Shown here one piece after another: positions 26,200 through 32,000 of a stretch of DNA of 32,000 nt; the stretch's first letter is position 1, and every line of letters begins with the position of its first letter. A program made the position numbers and the translations under genes. The stretch is taken from positions 46,018 through 78,017 of the forward strand of contig NZ_JALNTY010000002.1 of NCBI RefSeq assembly GCF_023161965.1. The letters run 5' to 3'. This DNA is from Anaerosoma tenue (GTDB lineage: Bacteria > Actinomycetota > Coriobacteriia > Anaerosomatales > Anaerosomataceae). The notes below the pieces were generated by a model that ran no database searches, was not told where the DNA came from, and saw only the letters and a program-made list of their open reading frames with translations.

Positions 26200-27651
26200 T
26201 CAATCGCCCTGCTTGAGCCATTCGTCCATGGCACGAGCGGCGCGCTTGCCGGCCCCCATAGCGAGGATGACCGTCGCCGAGCCCGTGACGATGTCGCCAC
26301 CCGCATACACGCCGGGCTTCGATGTGGCGCCATCCTCATCGGCGAGGATGTAGCCCCGCTTCGAGAGTTCGAGATCGGGCGTGGTCTTGGGCAGCAGCGG
26401 GTTCGCCCGCGTGCCGAGCGCCATGACCACGGTGTCGCAGTCGATGGTGACATCGGCGCCCATCACGCACACCGGCGCTCGCCTGCCGCTCGCGTCGGGC
26501 TCGCCGAGCTCCATCGTGTTGGCCACGATGCCGGTGACCCAGCCGTCCTTGCCGAGGACCTCCACCGGCGAGCACAGCATCTTGAACTCGATGCCCTCCT
26601 CGCGCGCGTGGTGCACCTCTTCCTTGCGCGCCGGCATCTCCGCCTCGGTGCGGCGATAGACGAGGAAGACCTCCTCGGCGCCAAGGCGCTTGGCGGTGCG
26701 CGCGGCGTCCATCGCCACGTTGCCACCGCCCACCACGGCCACCTTGCGGCCGCGCCACACCGGTGTGTCGGCCGAGGGGAACTCGTATGCGCGCATCAGG
26801 TTCACACGCGTGAGGAACTCGTTGGCCGAGTAGACGCCGTTGAGGTTCTCGCCGGGGATGCCCAGGAACATCGGCAGACCGGCGCCGTTGCCGATGAAGA
26901 CGGCGCCGAAGCCTTCCTCGGTCATGAGTTCGTCGATGGTGTACGTTGCGCCGATCACCACGTCGCACCGGATCTCCACGCCCATCTCCTCGAGCAGCCC
27001 CACCTCGGCCTGGACGATGTGCTTGGGCAGGCGGAACTCCGGGATGCCGTAGGTGAGCACGCCGCCTGTTGCATGCAGGCTCTCGAAGACCGTGACCGCA
27101 TGACCGTAACGGCGCAGCTCGCCGGCGCACGCCAGGCCGGCGGGACCGGAACCCACCACCGCCACACGCTTGCCGCTGTCCGCGCCCACCACGGGTACGC
27201 AGCGGCCCTCCAGCTCGCATGCCAGGTCGAAGTCGCCGAGCCAGCGCTCGAGGCGGCCGATCGCCACGCTCTCGCCCTTCTTGGCGAGCACGCAGCGGGC
27301 CTCACACTGCTCCTCCTGCGGGCAGACACGGCCGCATACGGCCGGAAGGGCGTTCTTCTCCTTGAGCACGGCCACGGCCGCATGGTAGTCGCCGTCGATC
27401 ATCTCGCCGATGAACGACTTGATGTCGATGTTCACCGGACAGCCCTCGATGCAGGTGGGATTCCTGCACTGCAGGCAGCGGCTCGCCTCGGCCCGGGCCA
27501 TCTCCTCCGTGTAGCCGAGTGTCACTTCGTCGAAGTCACGCGCGCGCTCAGAGGCGTCCCGCTCGGGCATCGGGGTCCGCGGGATGCGGGCCGGGCGGTG
27601 CCGGGGCTTCTCGTCCGGCGCAGGGCCGCCGGTGCCGTCTACTGATGGCAT
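26200..27651 (-). CDS. nfnB (gltD-like): NADPH-dependent glutamate synthase small-subunit-like / NfnB-like flavoprotein
   Basis: ATG 27651. N-terminal Fe-S pattern CLQCRNPTCIEGCPVNIDI...CGRVCPQEEQCEARC, FAD site VAVVGSGPAGLACAGELRRYGHAVTVFE, second nucleotide site VAVVGGGNVAMDAARTAKRLGAEEV. Confidence 0.88.
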   Translation of the reverse strand: MPSVDGTGGPAPDEKPRHRPARIPRTPMPERDASERARDFDEVTLGYTEEMARAEASRCLQCRNPTCIEGCPVNIDIKSFIGEMIDGDYHAAVAVLKEKNALPAVCGRVCPQEEQCEARCVLAKKGESVAIGRLERWLGDFDLACELEGRCVPVVGADSGKRVAVVGSGPAGLACAGELRRYGHAVTVFESLHATGGVLTYGIPEFRLPKHIVQAEVGLLEEMGVEIRCDVVIGATYTIDELMTEEGFGAVFIGNGAGLPMFLGIPGENLNGVYSANEFLTRVNLMRAYEFPSADTPVWRGRKVAVVGGGNVAMDAARTAKRLGAEEVFLVYRRTEAEMPARKEEVHHAREEGIEFKMLCSPVEVLGKDGWVTGIVANTMELGEPDASGRRAPVCVMGADVTIDCDTVVMALGTRANPLLPKTTPDLELSKRGYILADEDGATSKPGVYAGGDIVTGSATVILAMGAGKRAARAMDEWLKQGD

Positions 27652-28478
27652 GAGCACTCCCTCTGGTATTCCGCGTCCGCCAGACGCTCGTCGTCGTTGT
27701 AGACGCGCTGGCGGCTCATGAGCTCTTCGAAGTCCACCGCATGTCCGTCGAAGTCCGGACCGTCCACGCAGCCGAACTTCGTCTCCCCGCCCACGGTCAC
27801 ACGGCATGCGCCGCACATGCCCGTACCGTCGACCATGATCGGGTTCAGCGAGACCACGCAGGGGACATCGTGCTCCTTGGCGGTGGCCACGCAGAACTTC
27901 ATCATGATCGCCGGGCCGATAGCCATCGAATGGTCGATGGCGCCGCCCTCGCACAGCTCCTTGAGCGGGGCCGTCACAAGGTCCTTGCGCCCGGCGGAGC
28001 CGTCATCGGTGCAGATGATCAGCTCGTGCAGCGGGAGGGCCTTGAACTCGTCCTCCAGGATGACCAGGCCGGCGTTCCGCGCACCCACGATCACGGTGAC
28101 CTCGTTGCCCGCCTCGGCCATCGCGCGCGCCACCGGGTATGCGACAGCGGTTCCCACGCCGCCGCCCACCACGGCCACACGGCCGAGACCCTCCACGTGA
28201 GTGGGGATGCCGAGCGGGCCCACCACGTCGGCCAGGGAGTCGCCCACGCCCATATGCGAGAGCTTGTGAGTGGTCTTGCCCACGGTCATGAAGATGAACC
28301 GGATCCAGCCCTCGTCGGCGGACCAATCGGAGAACGTGAGCGGGATGCGCTCGCCATCCTCATCGATCCGGAGCATCAGGAACTGGCCTGCTTTGGCCTT
28401 GGCAGCGATCGCGGGCGCCTCGACGCCCATCTCGAACACGGCGTCGGACAGCTGGCGGGCGTGAACGATGGGGAACAT
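27639..28478 (-). CDS. nfnA: Sulfide dehydrogenase/dihydroorotate dehydrogenase electron-transfer-like protein, NfnA-like
   Basis: ATG 28478 (MFPIVHARQLSDAVFEMGVEAPAIAAKAKAGQFLM). C-terminal 2Fe-2S region GTGMCGACRVTVGGETKFGCVDGPDFDGH. Overlaps NfnB start. Confidence 0.88.
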   Translation of the reverse strand: MFPIVHARQLSDAVFEMGVEAPAIAAKAKAGQFLMLRIDEDGERIPLTFSDWSADEGWIRFIFMTVGKTTHKLSHMGVGDSLADVVGPLGIPTHVEGLGRVAVVGGGVGTAVAYPVARAMAEAGNEVTVIVGARNAGLVILEDEFKALPLHELIICTDDGSAGRKDLVTAPLKELCEGGAIDHSMAIGPAIMMKFCVATAKEHDVPCVVSLNPIMVDGTGMCGACRVTVGGETKFGCVDGPDFDGHAVDFEELMSRQRVYNDDERLADAEYQRECSCHQ

Positions 28479-28556
28479 CGGTCCTCCCGGGGTTGGTACA
28501 CTTACAGGACGGCACGACAAGTGCCGACCAGTATACCCGTCCACGTGAGGCTGACA

Positions 28557-29603
28557 ATGCGACGTATCACGGCTGTTCTGCTACTTATCGGGCTGATAGC
28601 GCTTCCCGGGTGCGGCGAGGCCGGACCGGTCGAGGTGAGCCGTGAGGCGCTCGGCACGGTGGTCACCATCACGGCCTACGGAGACGACGATGCGGCGGTC
28701 CGGCAGGCCGTGGATGACGCGTTCGCCGTCATGGCCGAGGTCGTCGCCCCGCTCAACGCGTACGAGCCCGAGTCCGAGATCGCGGCGTTCAATCGCCAGC
28801 CCTACACGCTGCAACCACTCCCGCCGCGTTTCGTGGACGTGCTCGATGCGATCGACCGCCTCGATGTGGCCGACGCGTTCTCGCCCTTCCTGATGTCGGC
28901 ATCGGGCCTGTACGGTTTCGAGGGATCCCAGACCATCCCACCCCCAGACGACCTGGAGCTCGCTCTCTCGGCCGCTGACGGCTTCGTGCGCGCCGATACC
29001 CACAACGGCGTGTTCGCCCGTCTCAAGACGTCTGACGCCCGCCTGGAGCCCAGCGGCGTGCTGGCCCCGGGTCTTGATGCGAGCGGCGCGGCAAAGGGGC
29101 TCGCGCTCGACGCGGCCCGCGAGTCGCTCCGCGCCAGCGATGCGATCACCGCGGCGCTGATAAGCTCGGGCAGCAGCACGGTCACGCTCGGCACGAAGCC
29201 GAACGGTGAAGCCTGGCGTGTGGGCATCGAGGATCCGCGGGATCCGGAGAGCGTGATCGCGGTCTTCACCTTCGAGGGGGAAGGTGCGCTCTCCACCTCG
29301 GGCGACTACCAGCGCTACTTCGAGTCCGGCGGCATCCGCTACCACCACATCCTCGATCCGGCTACCGGAGAGCCGGCGAGGGGCGTCCGCTCGCTCACCG
29401 TGGCAGGCGCGTCGCTCACCGGGCTCGAGTCGGACATCCTCTCCACGGCGCTGTTCGTGCGCGGCGTGGACCGGGCGGCCGGATACGCTTCTGCCGAAGG
29501 CGTCGCGCTGCTGGCGGTGGACGACGAGGGGCGGACACATATCGTGCCCGCCCCTGAAGGATCCGGCCTGACGGTGGCGGAGGAGACTCCGGCTGCGCAG
29601 TGA
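28557..29603 (+). CDS. apbE: FAD:protein FMN transferase (ApbE family) lipoprotein
   Basis: Lipobox LIALPGCG. LNAYEPESEIAAFNR, ASGAAKGLALDAARESL, ISSGSSTVTLGTKPNGEAWRVGIEDP, and YHHILDPATGEPARGVRSLTV. Start ATG 28557. Confidence 0.92.
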   Translation: MRRITAVLLLIGLIALPGCGEAGPVEVSREALGTVVTITAYGDDDAAVRQAVDDAFAVMAEVVAPLNAYEPESEIAAFNRQPYTLQPLPPRFVDVLDAIDRLDVADAFSPFLMSASGLYGFEGSQTIPPPDDLELALSAADGFVRADTHNGVFARLKTSDARLEPSGVLAPGLDASGAAKGLALDAARESLRASDAITAALISSGSSTVTLGTKPNGEAWRVGIEDPRDPESVIAVFTFEGEGALSTSGDYQRYFESGGIRYHHILDPATGEPARGVRSLTVAGASLTGLESDILSTALFVRGVDRAAGYASAEGVALLAVDDEGRTHIVPAPEGSGLTVAEETPAAQ

Positions 29604-29663
29604 TCAGCACCGCTGTCACCGGCGCGCCGGCATCGGCCTCGACCGCGTGAGAAGCCCAGGTTC

Positions 29664-30047
29664 CTAGATGTAGTTCTTGATGAAGCCGTAGATCACCGGC
29701 ATCTCGTACTCCTGGCCCTGGAACGCCTTGATCGCGCCGATGATGGCGAAGACGAAGACGGCGATGGAGGCCACGAGCCAGATGATCTGGCCGAGTATCG
29801 GGATGACGTTGAGCACTGAGGCCGCGATCATCACCACGTAGAGCGCCAGCGCCTGGAAGGCGTGCACCCTCACGAACTTCTCGTCCTTGTACGGCTCGAT
29901 CAGGATCGCGATCAGCGCCACGATGCCCGTGAGGTACCCGATGCCGGCGAGTATCTTACCGGTATCGCTCGGGCCCTCGGTACCGGCGGGCGCCTGTGCG
30001 GGTGGTGCCGGTGGTGCGGGCGGTGGTGTCTGGAAATCATCACTCAT
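29664..30047 (-). CDS. DUF4870/Tic20-like small membrane protein
   Basis: ATG 30047, Pro-rich N-terminus, then TGKILAGIGYLTGIVALIAILIEPYKDEKFVRVHAFQALALYVV. Confidence 0.75.
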   Translation of the reverse strand: MSDDFQTPPPAPPAPPAQAPAGTEGPSDTGKILAGIGYLTGIVALIAILIEPYKDEKFVRVHAFQALALYVVMIAASVLNVIPILGQIIWLVASIAVFVFAIIGAIKAFQGQEYEMPVIYGFIKNYI

Positions 30048-30126
30048 GCGTACCAACTCCTTCTCGCGGGACGTGCACCCGAGTCCCCCTGCGGGTGCTT
30101 TGTTTGCTGTATACCCCACAGGACGT

Positions 30127-30156
30127 TTGCCGCACACCCTTACCACCTGCTAATAT
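30127..30156 (+). promoter_or_regulatory. Candidate sigma70-type promoter for the M23 hydrolase gene
   Basis: TTGCCG (30127-30132), 18-nt spacer, TAATAT (30151-30156). Confidence 0.5.
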
Positions 30157-30169
30157 CCGGGGGTAGCGC

Positions 30170-30213
30170 CTTCCGGCGGAAACCGAACCCGGCTGTGAAA
30201 AGCCGTCCGGAGG
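30170..30213 (+). promoter_or_regulatory. Structured leader that could sequester the Shine-Dalgarno sequence
   Basis: CTTCCGG (30170-30176) can pair with CCGGAGG (30207-30213, the SD), enclosing hairpin CGGCT/AGCCG (30190-30205). Confidence 0.35.
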
Positions 30214-30222
30214 AAACACACC

Positions 30223-31458
30223 ATGCAACGTAGCCGCGCAGCAACCAGCGTTCTCGCGCTTGCGCTCATCCTTACCCTCATCGTCACACCGTTCGCGTTC
30301 GCCGTGACGGCTGACGACCTTCGCACGCACGAGAAGGCCGCGCAGGACGCACGCGATGCGGCCAAGGCGGCCGAGAGCCGCGCCGAGAAGCTCGCCGCCG
30401 AAGCGAAGGCGCTCGATGAGACGATCGCCGCCATCCAGGGCGACATCAACGCGCTCGCCGACGACATCGCAACCGCAACGGAGAGATCGAACCGCCTCAA
30501 GGCCGAGGTCGACGACCTCACCGCCCAGGTCAACGCGAAGCAGACGGAGATCGAGGCCACGCAAGCAGAGTACGAACGCCAGCAGGCGCTGCTCGGTGAG
30601 CGCATGGAAGCCTCGTACAAGAACGGCGACCTGATCTACTTCGAGCTTCTTCTCGACAGCCGCAGCATCGAGGACTTCATCTCTCGTACGAGTCTCGTAC
30701 AGAGGGTGATCGAGTCGAACAGCCAGCTCGCGAGCGATCTCAAAGACAGTCGCATCACCCTTGAGAAGATCAAGGCCGAGATCGAGCGTGACCTCGAGAC
30801 GGTCGACGCCAAGCGGGCCGAAGCGGAGGCCGAGGAGAAGCGGCTCAAGGATCTGCGGGCCCGTCACCAGTCGAAGCTTGATGCCCAGCGCTCGGCCCAG
30901 GACCAGAAAGAGGCGCTGGTAGCCGAGAACAAGGCGAACGCCGACCGCCTGCGCGCGCAGGCTGAGGCCGAAGAGGCCGAGTCGGCCCGCATCGCCCGGG
31001 AACTCTACGGCACCGGGTCGGGATACTTCGCGGGAGTGATGGCGTGGCCCGTCCCCGGCTTCGAGGACGAGCCTGAGGGCGGAGAGCGCTTCGGCTACCG
31101 CATCCACCCGATCCTCGGCTACAAGAAGCTCCACACGGGCATCGACATCGGCAGCCTGTGGGACATCGGCAAGAGCATCAACGGCGCCACCATCGTCGCC
31201 GCGGCGGACGGTACCGTCATCTACGCCGGATACCGCGGCGGATACGGCTACTGCACCATGATCGACCACGGCAACGGGGTGGTCACCCTCTACGCGCACC
31301 AGCAGACCGGCAGCATCTCGGTCAGCAAGGGCCAGAAGGTGGACCGGCGTGACCCGATCGGTAAGGTCGGGAGCACCGGGCTCTCCACAGGGCCCCACCT
31401 GCACTTCGAGGTGCGCATCAACGGTACGCCCGTCGACCCGATGACGTACCTCCGCTAG
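30223..31458 (+). CDS. M23 family peptidoglycan endopeptidase with long N-terminal coiled coil (EnvC/NlpD-like architecture)
   Basis: Signal peptide VLALALILTLIVTPFAFA, coiled coil, and M23 domain with YRIHPILGYKKLHTGIDIGS and GPHLHFEVRINGTPVDPMTYL. Confidence 0.93.
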   Translation: MQRSRAATSVLALALILTLIVTPFAFAVTADDLRTHEKAAQDARDAAKAAESRAEKLAAEAKALDETIAAIQGDINALADDIATATERSNRLKAEVDDLTAQVNAKQTEIEATQAEYERQQALLGERMEASYKNGDLIYFELLLDSRSIEDFISRTSLVQRVIESNSQLASDLKDSRITLEKIKAEIERDLETVDAKRAEAEAEEKRLKDLRARHQSKLDAQRSAQDQKEALVAENKANADRLRAQAEAEEAESARIARELYGTGSGYFAGVMAWPVPGFEDEPEGGERFGYRIHPILGYKKLHTGIDIGSLWDIGKSINGATIVAAADGTVIYAGYRGGYGYCTMIDHGNGVVTLYAHQQTGSISVSKGQKVDRRDPIGKVGSTGLSTGPHLHFEVRINGTPVDPMTYLR

Positions 31459-31464
31459 CAGCCG

Positions 31465-32000
31465 TCAGCCCGCGTTGTACTCCTGCATGGCGCTCTCGAC
31501 CCCGTGCTCGAGGATGTGCAGCACCGCCTGCGCGGCGTGCGGAACCATATCGGCAAGACGCTCGGCCACCTGAGGCCTCATCTCCTCCAGCACGTAGTCG
31601 GCAGGATCCTGGCGACCCGGCGGTCGCCCGATTCCCACCTTCACGCGCAGGAAATCACCCGTGCCGAGACAATCCACCAGCGACCGCAGCCCGTTGTGGC
31701 CACCGTGACCGCCACCGCGCTTCACGCGCAGGGTCTCCTCAGGCAGGTCGAGGTCATCGTGGATCACGATGATGTCGCCAACGGGCGTCTCGTAGTCGTC
31801 AGCGAGCTTCGCGACGGCCTTGCCCGAGAGGTTCATGTAGGTCCCGGGCTTCGCGATCAGGAGATCGTCGTCACCGAAGCGGACGAGGCCGACCTTGGCG
31901 CCGGCCTCGTCCCTCCAGTACGTCACGCGCAGATTCTCGGCGAGCAGATCAGCCACCATGAACCCGACGTTGTGACGCGTGTTCTCATACTTGGAACCCG
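31465..32000 (-). CDS. pth: Peptidyl-tRNA hydrolase, N-terminus cut by window edge
   Basis: Frame is open to the window end (GSKYENTRHNVGFMVADLLAENL). FGDDDLLIAKPGTYMNLSGKAV and RGGGHGGHNGLRSL. Confidence 0.95.
   Translation of the reverse strand, partial: GSKYENTRHNVGFMVADLLAENLRVTYWRDEAGAKVGLVRFGDDDLLIAKPGTYMNLSGKAVAKLADDYETPVGDIIVIHDDLDLPEETLRVKRGGGHGGHNGLRSLVDCLGTGDFLRVKVGIGRPPGRQDPADYVLEEMRPQVAERLADMVPHAAQAVLHILEHGVESAMQEYNAG

Noticed and set aside
26608-27645. 345 aa plus-strand ORF opposite the NfnB-like gene
   Set aside because: Shadow ORF. The minus-strand gene has intact Fe-S and nucleotide-binding motifs.
30050-30222. ydaO/yuaA (c-di-AMP) riboswitch before the M23 gene
   Set aside because: The CCGCAC...GCTAA.ATCCGGGGG stretch gives only superficial similarity, overlaps a good promoter, and lacks the expected full-length conserved blocks.
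30040-31404. 454 aa minus-strand ORF opposite the M23 hydrolase
   Set aside because: Shadow ORF of a well-supported plus-strand gene, with low-complexity Leu/Val/Arg/Gly composition and no recognisable domain.
1-32000. CRISPR arrays, tRNA/rRNA genes, transposases or phage genes
   Set aside because: I saw no regularly spaced direct repeats, tRNA cloverleaf or TTCGA-type signature in a convincing context, and no transposase, integrase or phage-like protein.

Overview
This is a high-GC window from what looks like an actinobacterial (Coriobacteriia-like, by inference) chromosome. Most of it is housekeeping: NlpC/P60 and M23 cell-wall hydrolases with coiled coils, a tldD/pmbA-type pair, a complete minus-strand V/A-type ATPase operon (G/H-like, I, K, E, C, F, A, B, a small 2-TM protein, D), an M23-like protein with a missing metal-ligand motif, DUF951, ACT and PFL/UPF0210 proteins, an NfnAB-like pair, ApbE, a DUF4870-like protein, and a partial pth. 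The left edge holds the 3' part of a secreted multiheme cytochrome with 15 CxxCH motifs. The most notable region is about 19.2-26.1 kb. It has a large secreted multidomain protein (Ca-loop-like motifs, three NEW3-like repeats, C-terminal beta domain). This is followed by three tandem paralogous ~131-133 aa secreted proteins that resemble its C-terminal domain, each with a long leader and a strong GC hairpin. A convergent LytTR response regulator is translationally coupled to a DUF916/WxL-interacting-protein-like membrane protein. I propose this as a candidate divergent WxL-like surface-assembly system. A second notable observation is an in-frame ~50 aa insertion in ATPase subunit A whose DNA is rich in inverted repeats. 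It may be a palindromic element inserted in a coding sequence. No tRNA, rRNA, CRISPR array or transposase was recognised. All family calls are from motif recognition by eye, with no database search.
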